Shown piece by piece: positions 47,781 through 56,568 of a stretch of DNA of 57,191 nucleotides; position 1 is the first letter of the stretch; each line of letters begins with the position of its first letter. The notes beneath the pieces are model-generated. The model searched no databases and had not been told where the DNA came from. It saw only the letters and a list, made by a program, of their open reading frames with translations. A program made the position numbers and the translations under genes. This DNA comes from a virus (taxonomy: Duplodnaviria; Caudoviricetes), in the IMG/VR virus record IMGVR_UViG_3300028394_000089, positions 1 through 57,191 of that record, one strand, 5' to 3'.

Positions 47781-48101
47781 ATGAACATAAATACATACCA
47801 AGAGGAAGCCGCGAAAACGGCTATTTATAAAGACAAACTCATTTACCCTATGCTTGGATTGGCGGGGGAAACTGGTGAAATGGCAAATAAAGTTAAGAAA
47901 GTTTTGCGCGATAATGGTGGTGAACTGTCTGATGAAGTAAGAAAAGATCTTATTAAAGAATTAGGTGATGTAATGTGGTATTGCGCCGCTCTTGCTAATG
48001 ATCTTAGCGTATCTCTTGGAGAAGTTTGCTTTTGTAATATCGAAAAACTCAAAAGTCGCCTAGAACGCAATCAGATTGGTGGAAGCGGAGATAATCGCTA
48101 A
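47781..48101 (+). CDS. MazG-like nucleotide pyrophosphohydrolase
   Basis: LGLAGETGE...KK...ELGDVMWY...N..KL..R...GSGDNR. Confidence 0.93.
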   Translation: MNINTYQEEAAKTAIYKDKLIYPMLGLAGETGEMANKVKKVLRDNGGELSDEVRKDLIKELGDVMWYCAALANDLSVSLGEVCFCNIEKLKSRLERNQIGGSGDNR

Positions 48102-48323
48102 ATGAAAAAACAAAATAATCATAAATTTAATCAGGCCATATTATGGCTATTAACAATTCCAACCGAAGAATTATCAGACTCAATGGTTTTAGCGCACAAA
48201 AGGATGCAGGAAGAAGACCAAAATGAAATTTGGTTGGTTGATTATTTTGAAAACAATCTAAAAGAAGAAATCGAAGAATTTATTGAGTGGAACGATACTT
48301 TTCTACAAACCAAAGCTGTATGA
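48102..48323 (+). CDS. hypothetical protein
   Basis: 73-aa ORF coupled on both sides. Confidence 0.6.
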   Translation: MKKQNNHKFNQAILWLLTIPTEELSDSMVLAHKRMQEEDQNEIWLVDYFENNLKEEIEEFIEWNDTFLQTKAV

Positions 48324-49315
48324 CTATATTGAAATCCAGTTCAATTTATTATGATGATGTAAATTTGATTGCGCAACCAACAGATATTTCGTCACGATCC
48401 GAAATTCCAGAGGAAAAATGGCGCATTATGGTAAGCCCAATGCAGTCAATCGTTGGCCCGATCTTTGCAAAAAAAGCTCTTGAACTCGGACTATCTGTTT
48501 GCTTACATCGTTTTAATTCAACTATACAGGACAGATTAAAATTAATTAATGACGTATTTATGAACATGACCGATCCAAATACTCAAATTAAAAGAGTTTG
48601 GGTTTCCGTAGGATTAAAAGATTTAGAAAATATAGAAGCTATTATACATCAAGGAGTAGAGAATATTATTATTGATGTAGCTAATGGGTATATGTCAGAC
48701 GTAATTGAATTTGCGTCACAGATCTTTCATAAATCTGAAAAACAGATTAAAAAAATAATGCTTGGGAATATTCATAGCGATACCATTCTTACGGATTATC
48801 AGAATCTTTCTATTTATTTAGGAATACCAATTTATTTTAGGTGTGGTATTGCGAGTGGGAGCGTTTGTAATACCAGCGTAATGACTGGATACAATCGCGG
48901 CCAAATTACCGAAATTAATGAATGTGCCACTTGGGTTGACTCTACTAATAGTAATTTACTTTTAGTGGCTGATGGCGGAATTGCTAATCCAGGGTGTGCA
49001 GTAAAGGCTTTTGGTGCTGGTGCTGAATATATAATTATGGGCGGTTATTTTGCACACGCTAAAGAATCGCAGCACGTTATTGATGAGATTTATAAGTTTT
49101 GGGGTGGAGCTTCAGAACTTCAACAAATCATGTCTAAAGGGGCTGCTGAACGTCATAGCGAAGGCAGGGAACAAGATATCAATAAAGACGATCTTTTAAG
49201 CCTAAATAAACTAGTTTCTGATTTATGGGGCGGTATTAGTAGCGGTGTAAGCTACAGTGGATATAAAACTCTCACAAAATTTATTGGAAATGCCGTGTTT
49301 GAAATCAAAGAATAA
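48320..49315 (+). CDS. guaC: GMP reductase / IMPDH-family oxidoreductase
   Basis: DDV.L, SRS, SPM, IDVANGY, GI.SGSVCxT, ADGG, GA...MGG, SEG; no CBS insert. Confidence 0.8.
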   Translation: MTILKSSSIYYDDVNLIAQPTDISSRSEIPEEKWRIMVSPMQSIVGPIFAKKALELGLSVCLHRFNSTIQDRLKLINDVFMNMTDPNTQIKRVWVSVGLKDLENIEAIIHQGVENIIIDVANGYMSDVIEFASQIFHKSEKQIKKIMLGNIHSDTILTDYQNLSIYLGIPIYFRCGIASGSVCNTSVMTGYNRGQITEINECATWVDSTNSNLLLVADGGIANPGCAVKAFGAGAEYIIMGGYFAHAKESQHVIDEIYKFWGGASELQQIMSKGAAERHSEGREQDINKDDLLSLNKLVSDLWGGISSGVSYSGYKTLTKFIGNAVFEIKE

Positions 49316-49321
49316 AAATAT

Positions 49322-49408
49322 GGAAGCGTACTCAAGCGGTTTACGAGAGAAATTTACTAAATTTCCGAGGTCTAAAAGCCTCCGTGGGTTCGAATCCCAC
49401 CGCTTCCT
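49322..49408 (+). tRNA. tRNA-Ser(ACT)
   Basis: GGAAGCG/CGCTTCC, GAAAT-TTACTAA-ATTTC, long variable arm GAGG/CCTC, GTGGG-TTCGAAT-CCCAC. Confidence 0.85.
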
Positions 49409-49416
49409 TTTTTAAT

Positions 49417-49611
49417 ATGGATACGTATTATACAAAATTAACTTTTAAAGGTAGGCCTTTTAATATAGGAATAAAACCCGTTGATTACGATGGCTATGAT
49501 ATTGAAGTTCGTGTAAAGGGTCCATTATCAGGAGATGATTTTCAAGCTTTAAGACAATATCTTGATAATGAAGGTTATTTAGAGATGGCCAGAGAATTTA
49601 TTGATAATTAA
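49417..49611 (+). CDS. hypothetical protein
   Basis: MDTYY start after the tRNA. Confidence 0.6.
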   Translation: MDTYYTKLTFKGRPFNIGIKPVDYDGYDIEVRVKGPLSGDDFQALRQYLDNEGYLEMAREFIDN

Positions 49612-49616
49612 AATAT

Positions 49617-49766
49617 ATGAAAATTAAAGAACTTATTGAATTGTTAGAAGAAGAGAACCCAAAAGCCAAAATACTTTTTGAGTTTGAAGGCGCGGAATTA
49701 ATTGTTAACGAATGGGATTTAGAGTCTAGTGATAATCTTGTAGTCGTAAAATTGGTAGAAAAATAG
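49617..49766 (+). CDS. small hypothetical protein (49 aa)
   Basis: MKIKELIE.L...NP.A phage-type start. Confidence 0.6.
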   Translation: MKIKELIELLEEENPKAKILFEFEGAELIVNEWDLESSDNLVVVKLVEK

Positions 49767-49804
49767 ATTGACGCATCCATAAAAATTCATTAATATTCAC
49801 GTAT

Positions 49805-50110
49805 ATGAAAAAACGTGGTAGAAAAGCTGGAAGCGGCAGTTTCATGCAAGTGTCGCTTGAAGAACTCAATCGTGTACTAAAACCCAACGCGCGCGTTGTT
49901 ATCTGGAGTCGTTACGGCCAGATGCTCGGCATTGAGGGTAAAAAAATTGAGGCAAACTACGATACTCTAGTGGCAGCAGTCAAGGGCGGCACTACAGAAG
50001 TTGAAATCGAAACTTTTGGCGCGCAACCTGTAGCCAAACAAGACGTTAAAAAACAGGACAATGCGGAAGAGCTTATTCCCAAGCCGTCAGTTTCTTTTGA
50101 GGTATTTTAA
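49805..50110 (+). CDS. hypothetical protein with an AT-hook-like N-terminus
   Basis: KKRGRK.GS; follows TTGACG-17-TAATAT. Confidence 0.7.
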   Translation: MKKRGRKAGSGSFMQVSLEELNRVLKPNARVVIWSRYGQMLGIEGKKIEANYDTLVAAVKGGTTEVEIETFGAQPVAKQDVKKQDNAEELIPKPSVSFEVF

Positions 50111-50111
50111 A

Positions 50112-50312
50112 ATGAAAACTTTTATTAAGATCTTGTGGCCGTTTGCCGTTTCAATTTGTATTTTTATAATCGCCGCATTCATAATGGGTATTCCGATTGC
50201 GATGCTCTGGAATATTTTTTGCCCTAAAGTGTTTGGTTTGGTTAAAATTGACTGGGTAGATGGCACATTACTCTATCTTTTGTGCAATCTTCTTTTTAAG
50301 AAAATAGATTGA
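50112..50312 (+). CDS. small membrane protein
   Basis: Hydrophobic, LWN...P..FGL..I.W. Confidence 0.7.
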   Translation: MKTFIKILWPFAVSICIFIIAAFIMGIPIAMLWNIFCPKVFGLVKIDWVDGTLLYLLCNLLFKKID

Positions 50313-50343
50313 CACGTTTATAAAAACCTATTAGTATTCAAAT

Positions 50344-50613
50344 ATGATCACTAAAAAAGACTATACAAAAGACGGTAGGCATCCCGAAGATGTTATCTAC
50401 AAGGAAATGGAGTTTCGTAGTGAGGTAAGCAAAATGCTCTCGCAAAGATTCGAACAGCTTGTAGTTGATTTGCGTCTTACTGCTGATGGTGCGGATCATC
50501 TTATGAATTATTTTGATAATTACAATTTCCTGCATGACAATCAAGAGATTCTTGAATTTGATGAGTTTTTGTCTGAAAATTATGATATTGAATATGGAGA
50601 CATACATAAATGA
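50344..50613 (+). CDS. hypothetical protein
   Basis: ATG 6 nt after TTGACA-17-TAGTAT. Confidence 0.7.
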   Translation: MITKKDYTKDGRHPEDVIYKEMEFRSEVSKMLSQRFEQLVVDLRLTADGADHLMNYFDNYNFLHDNQEILEFDEFLSENYDIEYGDIHK

Positions 50614-50990
50614 CTGACGAACTTACAATTAAAATCAAGGCAAGTTCATGGGCGCGGGTTACGCGCGAACTTGACGAGGCGTTAGAGAAACTTTCTGATT
50701 GGGAAAACTCGGCCAAACACGTCGAGTCCGACCATTCCGACGAGGTTCATTGCGGGTGTGTTCCAGTTCTGCGGAAGTTGCTCTCAGACGCGAGGAAAGA
50801 GCGCAACGAGGCGCGCGCGGAGTGTTTAGAACAGTGCCGTTTGCTCGCTATGAGTGGGGATCGTGAGGCTAAACTACTTGGAGAGCTTGAACGCGCGAAA
50901 AAATCCGTAGATCATTCTACATGGGTTCATGGCGTTTGTAATCCGCCGTCTCCTGATTGGGAGAAGTCTAGAAGTTCACAAATGTATTGA
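50610..50990 (+). CDS. hypothetical coiled-coil protein
   Basis: ER.EA repeats; coupled start. Confidence 0.65.
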   Translation: MTDELTIKIKASSWARVTRELDEALEKLSDWENSAKHVESDHSDEVHCGCVPVLRKLLSDARKERNEARAECLEQCRLLAMSGDREAKLLGELERAKKSVDHSTWVHGVCNPPSPDWEKSRSSQMY

Positions 50991-51023
50991 CATCCCCTCC
51001 TAAACAGGATAGACTCGGGAACA

Positions 51024-51197
51024 ATGAAAAAAGAACTACCCACTAACACAATTACTGAAATTGATTTGCTCGAAGCGAGCATTGAGAAGGCTCTTGATAG
51101 CCTAGATGATACCTATCAACTAAACTGTAAAGTACTGCTTGAAGCAAAAGTTCTTATTCAAGAGTTTAAAAAGAATCAAAAGCGTAAAAAGCGTTAG
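51024..51197 (+). CDS. small hypothetical protein (57 aa, not in the ORF track)
   Basis: ATG after TTGACA-17-TAGACT. Confidence 0.55.
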   Translation: MKKELPTNTITEIDLLEASIEKALDSLDDTYQLNCKVLLEAKVLIQEFKKNQKRKKR

Positions 51198-51203
51198 TAT
51201 ATA

Positions 51204-51587
51204 ATGAAAATAAGAATTAACAATATTGGTGCAGAGAAAGCTGTATACATTGGTAAGTCTCCAGAAGATGCTGATCTGCATGTTGATATTGTAAAGTATC
51301 ATCCTAATCGATATTATGGTGAACTTGAGAACTATATCAAAGATGGTTGGAAGGATTGTGGAACATATATCAAGTGTAAATGCGGATCAATTGACAAAAA
51401 TTGCTTCGATAATCCAGAAACAAATTATGTCATAGCAACTTTAAAATACAACAAGAAGGAAAATTGCACAGAGTTGACTTCAGTTTGTGATAGGCTACTA
51501 TACATTGAGAATGAAGACAAAGAAGACTTCTGGGAGGTTTATAGGTTAGCTGATAAAGAGATGATAAAAAAAATTAGTAATGAATAA
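51204..51587 (+). CDS. hypothetical protein
   Basis: 127-aa ORF. Confidence 0.7.
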   Translation: MKIRINNIGAEKAVYIGKSPEDADLHVDIVKYHPNRYYGELENYIKDGWKDCGTYIKCKCGSIDKNCFDNPETNYVIATLKYNKKENCTELTSVCDRLLYIENEDKEDFWEVYRLADKEMIKKISNE

Positions 51588-52050
51588 GAAGATTCCATAT
51601 GATTTAAGTTCAGAAGAAATTGATGAATTAAGAAAAAGAAAAAAAGAAATAAGTGATTTTGTTTTTGAACAATTTAAATTAAATAAAATGAATAGAAAAA
51701 TTAAATTTCGATTCTGGAGTCCTGCTGGCAAAGCATTTATAAAAGACTACAAATACAATGGTCTTGTAGATGAATTGTTTGATGAGAAAGAATATGATCT
51801 TCTTATTCCACAACAATTCACAGGACTCAAAGACAAGAATGGCGTGGAAGTTTATGAGGGCGACATTATTAATTTCTCTTGTAACTACACTATGGACCTT
51901 AGCGACCGTGACGTAATTGATTACAAAAATCAAGAAGTTTATTATGATGAGCGTCTTGCTGGATTCTATTTCGGCAAAGATGGGTTTCAAATTCTTGATA
52001 AAATTATGGAAGATACTATTGAAGTTGTTGGGCATATTTTTGAGAAATAA
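51580..52050 (+). CDS. YopX family protein
   Basis: IKFRFW, QFTGLKDKNG.EVYEGDI, EVVGHIFE. Confidence 0.9.
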   Translation: MNKKIPYDLSSEEIDELRKRKKEISDFVFEQFKLNKMNRKIKFRFWSPAGKAFIKDYKYNGLVDELFDEKEYDLLIPQQFTGLKDKNGVEVYEGDIINFSCNYTMDLSDRDVIDYKNQEVYYDERLAGFYFGKDGFQILDKIMEDTIEVVGHIFEK

Positions 52051-52051
52051 T

Positions 52052-52342
52052 ATGAATGATAATTGGCTTAAAGACATTCATAATAGACAAATCAACAAGG
52101 GCGATAAGGTTCTGGTTTATATTCAGAAATATGTGCGCGCGCACGTTGGCGAGAATGTTTATGAAGTTGATCCATCTAAACCATATCCAGTAGCCGATGT
52201 GCCAATGGCGCGTGGGCGCGTAGAGTGGGAAAAAGATTTTAACAGTTTTGTTGTGCGTTACGATTGGACTTGTGACGCTTGGAAACATAAATCCGCATCT
52301 CAAATGGAAGGCGGTAATTATGCTTACGAAATAATAAGTTGA
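52052..52342 (+). CDS. YopX-like hypothetical protein
   Basis: LKD...I.KGD.V motif; start at MNDNW. Confidence 0.6.
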   Translation: MNDNWLKDIHNRQINKGDKVLVYIQKYVRAHVGENVYEVDPSKPYPVADVPMARGRVEWEKDFNSFVVRYDWTCDAWKHKSASQMEGGNYAYEIIS

Positions 52343-52383
52343 CTTTTAAATCAAAAAAATATAATATCATTAAATAAATCAAT

Positions 52384-52605
52384 ATGAAAATTGAAATTAC
52401 AGACGATAGCCTAGATGAAATCATTTTGAATGGTCTAGAAGAACAGAGGGATTTTATGTCTTCAGATTTAAAAAAATTAAAAAAGATTAAAAATCCAAAG
52501 CGTTACGTTCAAGAGGATATTATATATAATACCAACTGTTTACAAGCTTTAAAGACGGTAATCGCGCATTATAGTCCAAGCAGCAAGGCTCTGGGAGATT
52601 ATTAA
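52384..52605 (+). CDS. hypothetical protein
   Basis: 73-aa ORF after a promoter-like element. Confidence 0.65.
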   Translation: MKIEITDDSLDEIILNGLEEQRDFMSSDLKKLKKIKNPKRYVQEDIIYNTNCLQALKTVIAHYSPSSKALGDY

Positions 52606-52606
52606 A

Positions 52607-52867
52607 ATGAAATATAAATTTGTAGAAACGCAGGGTTGTCTATATTTTGGCTTCACTATTAATGATGAAGAAATAGATGATGTGCCCAGAGAAAAACAAA
52701 AAGAAATTGTAGATTATCTTTGTGAACAGATCAAAGAAGGCTTCGCTAATGGAAGCATGTCTGTGCTAGACATTGTAAAGACATTCCAAGTACATTATAA
52801 TGGAATGGAAAAAGAATCTTGCGATCAATGTGGAGATAGAGTATATTGGGATATATGGGAGCTATGA
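52607..52867 (+). CDS. hypothetical protein with a C-terminal CxxC
   Basis: CDQCGD. Confidence 0.65.
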   Translation: MKYKFVETQGCLYFGFTINDEEIDDVPREKQKEIVDYLCEQIKEGFANGSMSVLDIVKTFQVHYNGMEKESCDQCGDRVYWDIWEL

Positions 52868-53286
52868 AAGAAGAAATACCAGAAAGTTTTTGGGAAGCAC
52901 TTGTCGAAGTTAAAGACAAAGATATTAATGAATTAAAAACCCTTTTAAAGGTCATGGATCAAGCCAAACACGCCGCCTTGCAGCGCGAAAGTTTTGCCGT
53001 GGAAGGGCGTGATAAAGCGAGAGAACTTTTTCAAACCGCGATGGAGCTTGCCAAAAAATATAAAGACGAGCGCGATGAATGTCAAGTTGAGCAGGGTCGT
53101 GCTTTAAAAGCGTGGACTGAAGCGGTATCCGAACGCACCGCTGCACTGTTAGAGCGCGACGAATACAAAATCGGACATGATCGTTACGAAAAATTGCGCC
53201 GATTAAATTTGCAACAAATTAAAGAGTTGTATTTAAGAAATTTGCGAACTGGAGAGCATTTTGATACGCTTGTCGATAAGTTATGA
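52864..53286 (+). CDS. hypothetical coiled-coil protein
   Basis: ERD repeats; ATGA coupling. Confidence 0.65.
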   Translation: MKEEIPESFWEALVEVKDKDINELKTLLKVMDQAKHAALQRESFAVEGRDKARELFQTAMELAKKYKDERDECQVEQGRALKAWTEAVSERTAALLERDEYKIGHDRYEKLRRLNLQQIKELYLRNLRTGEHFDTLVDKL

Positions 53287-53915
53287 AAAAACAAAAAGAA
53301 ATATGGGTAGATTCTTATTATTTTCCAGAAACATATGAAGTGTCTAACTATGGAGAGGTTAGGAATAAACATTCTAAAATAAATAAAAAGCTTCAAGGGC
53401 ATTTTTCTAGAAAAGGTGGTAGTTGTAAATACTGGTTTGTAGGTTTATATAGAGCTAAAGACAAGGCGGTACAACGAATTGGAGTTCATAGATTGGTATA
53501 CTTATCATTTTCCCCCAAAACTCTTTTAAGTAAATGTATTCATCACATTAACCATATTTCAACAGATAATCGTCTTTGTAATTTATCAGCAGTTGATAGA
53601 AATTCTCATAGCTCAAAGCATATGAAATTAAATGTCAAAAAAAATAATTGGCCTTTATCAAAATATTTAGTAAAAAAAGGCGATAATGGAAAAAAGTGCC
53701 CATCTTATGAATTTGACTTGATTGCCATTGACTCTAGTAATATTATCAAACATGTCATTTCTGGAGTAAATGATTTGATTTCGCGTGGATTTTCTAGAGG
53801 AGCCTATAGAGTCGCAAATAATTATCAAAAAACACATCGCGGTTTAATTTTTAAAAAAGCGTATTCAGGACATTCTTATAAAGTCGGAGATATTTACGAA
53901 AAAAAAACGAAATAA
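53283..53915 (+). CDS. NUMOD4-HNH endonuclease
   Basis: EIW..YEVSNYG.VR, VHRLV..F, HHIN....DN...NL. Confidence 0.9.
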   Translation: MKKQKEIWVDSYYFPETYEVSNYGEVRNKHSKINKKLQGHFSRKGGSCKYWFVGLYRAKDKAVQRIGVHRLVYLSFSPKTLLSKCIHHINHISTDNRLCNLSAVDRNSHSSKHMKLNVKKNNWPLSKYLVKKGDNGKKCPSYEFDLIAIDSSNIIKHVISGVNDLISRGFSRGAYRVANNYQKTHRGLIFKKAYSGHSYKVGDIYEKKTK

Positions 53916-53919
53916 AAAT

Positions 53920-54102
53920 ATGATAACTGATAAACAAAGATTAGATTGGTTGCAAGAAGGGCATGAAGTTGTTGCTCTTGTATCCAAAGATGGTAAAGGT
54001 ACTGTATATACAACTAATTTTGTAGAGCAAGATTGGGCCGAGTTTGAAAGCGTTAGAGACGCTATTGATTTTGGAATTAATTACAATAAAAAATTGCTAT
54101 AA
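53920..54102 (+). CDS. hypothetical phage protein
   Basis: D..RLDWL...RDAID. Confidence 0.7.
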   Translation: MITDKQRLDWLQEGHEVVALVSKDGKGTVYTTNFVEQDWAEFESVRDAIDFGINYNKKLL

Positions 54103-54105
54103 TTA

Positions 54106-54270
54106 ATGAATTACTACTCTGAAACCATATTCAATATTGTTTGGAATTTAGAGAATATTCTTAAAAAAGACCCAGATTACTCTGTTAAGAAAGATGACGT
54201 AGAAATACTTGATAGGGCATCAAAAATAATGCATAATATTGTTAAAGAATTAAAAGAAAGAAACGCATGA
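54106..54270 (+). CDS. small hypothetical protein (54 aa, not in the ORF track)
   Basis: Fills the gap; ATGA coupling. Confidence 0.55.
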   Translation: MNYYSETIFNIVWNLENILKKDPDYSVKKDDVEILDRASKIMHNIVKELKERNA

Positions 54271-54479
54271 CAGTTGGACAATTAATAAAAGAACTACAGC
54301 AACATAACCCTGCTAAAATAGTTTTAGTATCGGGTTATGAAGAAGGATATGATTCTCTTCAAGAAGTTCGTGAAATTAAAGTTAAATATCGACCCACGGA
54401 CAAATATTGGTGGAAAGGGGAATATTACGATTATCCTCTTGACGAATGTACAATAGATGCTATACTACTACCAAGATGA
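54267..54479 (+). CDS. hypothetical phage protein
   Basis: MTV.QLI..L...P...V.V.GYE.G. Confidence 0.75.
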   Translation: MTVGQLIKELQQHNPAKIVLVSGYEEGYDSLQEVREIKVKYRPTDKYWWKGEYYDYPLDECTIDAILLPR

Positions 54480-54913
54480 AAGAAGAACTCGAAATCCAAC
54501 TAGTAAGTAAGTATCCAGACATTCTGCGCGATTATAAGGGCGACAAAATGGTAACCTGTATGGCATGGGGTATGGAATGTGGGGATGGTTGGTATGATCT
54601 TCTTGATGATCTAATGAGCAAACTAGATTTTCTTTCTAAAACGTCTGGGGTCCAAGTCGTAGCCGATCAAATTAAAGAAAAATTTGGGACTCTGAGATTT
54701 TATTATAGCACGATTGTAAATGGCGAAAAAATTAATGAGGTAATTTTTGGAATTATCGGCAATACCGTGGATGCTGCAGAAAGAAAGTCTGAAAATACTT
54801 GTGAGGTATGCGGTAAGTATGGCGAGCTACGCAATAAAAACGGATGGCTCAAAACGTGCTGCGATAAGTGCGCGGAAGAAAAAGGGTATGCTCTTGATAA
54901 GAGTACACAGTAA
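54476..54913 (+). CDS. hypothetical phage protein (Zn-finger tail)
   Basis: CGDGW, QIKEKFGTLRFY, CEVCG..G, W.KT.C. Confidence 0.8.
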   Translation: MKEELEIQLVSKYPDILRDYKGDKMVTCMAWGMECGDGWYDLLDDLMSKLDFLSKTSGVQVVADQIKEKFGTLRFYYSTIVNGEKINEVIFGIIGNTVDAAERKSENTCEVCGKYGELRNKNGWLKTCCDKCAEEKGYALDKSTQ

Positions 54914-55002
54914 TATTTTAAGTTAACACACTTAAAAATTTATTCTGTAATAAATTGTAAAATAGTCCTTGTAAACTGTAAAAATACTGGTATATTGACA
55001 AT

Positions 55003-55941
55003 ATGAACTACTTCGATGAAATGATAGGCCAAGAAAAGACTAAAAACATTTTGGGCTTTTACGTTGACGCTTTTGAAAAAACTGAACTGCTGCCCAACCT
55101 GTTTATTGTTGGTCAGCGCGGACAGGGTAAAACCATGCTTGCAACACAGGTTGCCAAGAATTTGCGCTCTACAAGTTTGGGGCGCGTTAAACCCATGCTC
55201 ACAATCAACTGCTCCACGCTGAAAAACGTGCGCCAGTTTATTGAAGACATTGTGCTTCATTATGTGCGCGACCAACACATCACGCTTTTCTTTGATGAGG
55301 CGCACGAAATGCCGAGTCAAGTTCAAACCTGCCTGTTGACAATCTTAAATCCAAATAAAAACAATATGAATACCCTTCGTTTCGAAGATTATCAAATTGA
55401 ATTTGATTTCAAAAAGGTTAGCTTTATTTTTGCTACTACCGACCCTCAAAAAGTTATTAGCCCCCTCAAAGATCGTTGCAAGATGATTCACATGGAAGAG
55501 TATAAGCGTCAAGATCTTGCTAAGATTATTGAAGATAATAGTGAAGACGTTACTTATTGCCCCGAAACGCTTGAAGATATTGCAAGTGTTTGCCGTGGCA
55601 ATGCGCGTAACGCTACCCTGATGGCTAAAGATAATATTATTCAGTATGCGCGCCGTCATGGGGTGACTGACATTGATAAGGCTATTTGGGGGAAAATCAA
55701 AGATATTCTTGGAATTTTACCGCTGGGTGTCGAAAATACCGAGCTACAAATTCTAAAAGTTCTCAAGGACAAGTATATTTGTTCGCTCACAAATTTGAGT
55801 GCGGTTACTGGTCTTTCGACAAACGCAATCCGTGCAGAGTTTGAATTGTATCCGCTCAAGCACAGTCTGATGGAGGTAGCACAGGGTGGCCGTCGTTTGA
55901 CCGCTAAAGGCCGCGAGTATCTTGAGAAAATCGGAGAATAA
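55003..55941 (+). CDS. ruvB: RuvB-like Holliday-junction branch-migration ATPase
   Basis: F.E.IGQE, G..GQGKT, FFDEAH, ATT, PLKDR, RG.AR, C-terminal GRRLT. Confidence 0.85.
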   Translation: MNYFDEMIGQEKTKNILGFYVDAFEKTELLPNLFIVGQRGQGKTMLATQVAKNLRSTSLGRVKPMLTINCSTLKNVRQFIEDIVLHYVRDQHITLFFDEAHEMPSQVQTCLLTILNPNKNNMNTLRFEDYQIEFDFKKVSFIFATTDPQKVISPLKDRCKMIHMEEYKRQDLAKIIEDNSEDVTYCPETLEDIASVCRGNARNATLMAKDNIIQYARRHGVTDIDKAIWGKIKDILGILPLGVENTELQILKVLKDKYICSLTNLSAVTGLSTNAIRAEFELYPLKHSLMEVAQGGRRLTAKGREYLEKIGE

Positions 55942-56008
55942 TGGATTTATTTTTGATTATTTTATCTATGTATCTCGTATGCAAGGCTTTAGAAATAAAA
56001 TCAAAACC

Positions 56009-56037
56009 TTGACAAACTATCAAAATACATATATACT
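56009..56037 (+). promoter_or_regulatory. sigma70-like promoter, leaderless
   Basis: TTGACA-17-TATACT, ATG 6 nt downstream. Confidence 0.75.
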
Positions 56038-56043
56038 TTATAA

Positions 56044-56568
56044 ATGATGAAAACTGAAAATAATACAAAGCTGGTTCCAATCAATAACCTTCAACACGGG
56101 GATAAATTTCAAATACCTTCTGTTAAGGACACGATGCGCGACTTGACCTTTATTTCTTCTACGGATACGAGTACGCTTATCGAGGGTCAGAAGCGCGACA
56201 CTATTAATGACAACTGGAAAGGTTTCCGATTCCACGTTTCTAATGGAGTAATGGTTCAACTTGTTGACAAGTTTGAAGAAAATTTTATGGAAAACACAAA
56301 CACCGCGACTGCTACGGCAGCGCAAAATACAGGAGAGGCTTCCGCGCCCAAGCGCAGGGGTCGCCCCTCCAAGGCAAAGCTCGCCTTCAATCAACTCAAG
56401 GGGGTTGCTGGTGAGTTCACGGTTAGGGACGTTGTCGAGAGCAACGACATCAAGGAGTACGAGGTTCACAATTTGATCCGCAGCGCGGTTCAGAGTGGGA
56501 AGGTTCGTGTGGTCAAGGAGCTTGTTGGTGGGCGCGGTAAGCCACGCAAGGTCTACAAGCTGGCCTAA
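56044..56568 (+). CDS. putative DNA-binding protein (AT-hook plus winged-helix-like tail)
   Basis: KRRGRP; FTVRD...GRGKPRKVY. Confidence 0.7.
   Translation: MMKTENNTKLVPINNLQHGDKFQIPSVKDTMRDLTFISSTDTSTLIEGQKRDTINDNWKGFRFHVSNGVMVQLVDKFEENFMENTNTATATAAQNTGEASAPKRRGRPSKAKLAFNQLKGVAGEFTVRDVVESNDIKEYEVHNLIRSAVQSGKVRVVKELVGGRGKPRKVYKLA

Noticed and set aside
49345-49366. Amber suppressor (CTA) reading of the Ser tRNA / stop-codon recoding
   Set aside because: The 5-bp stem GAAAT/ATTTC centres ACT. Genes are intact under the standard code, and TAG, TGA and TAA all end ORFs at sensible positions
54940-56476. Alternative-frame and antisense ORFs over ruvB and the AT-hook gene (also those over dnaB, dnaG, dnaE, MoxR, YopX)
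   Set aside because: Shadow ORFs of well-supported genes with no motifs
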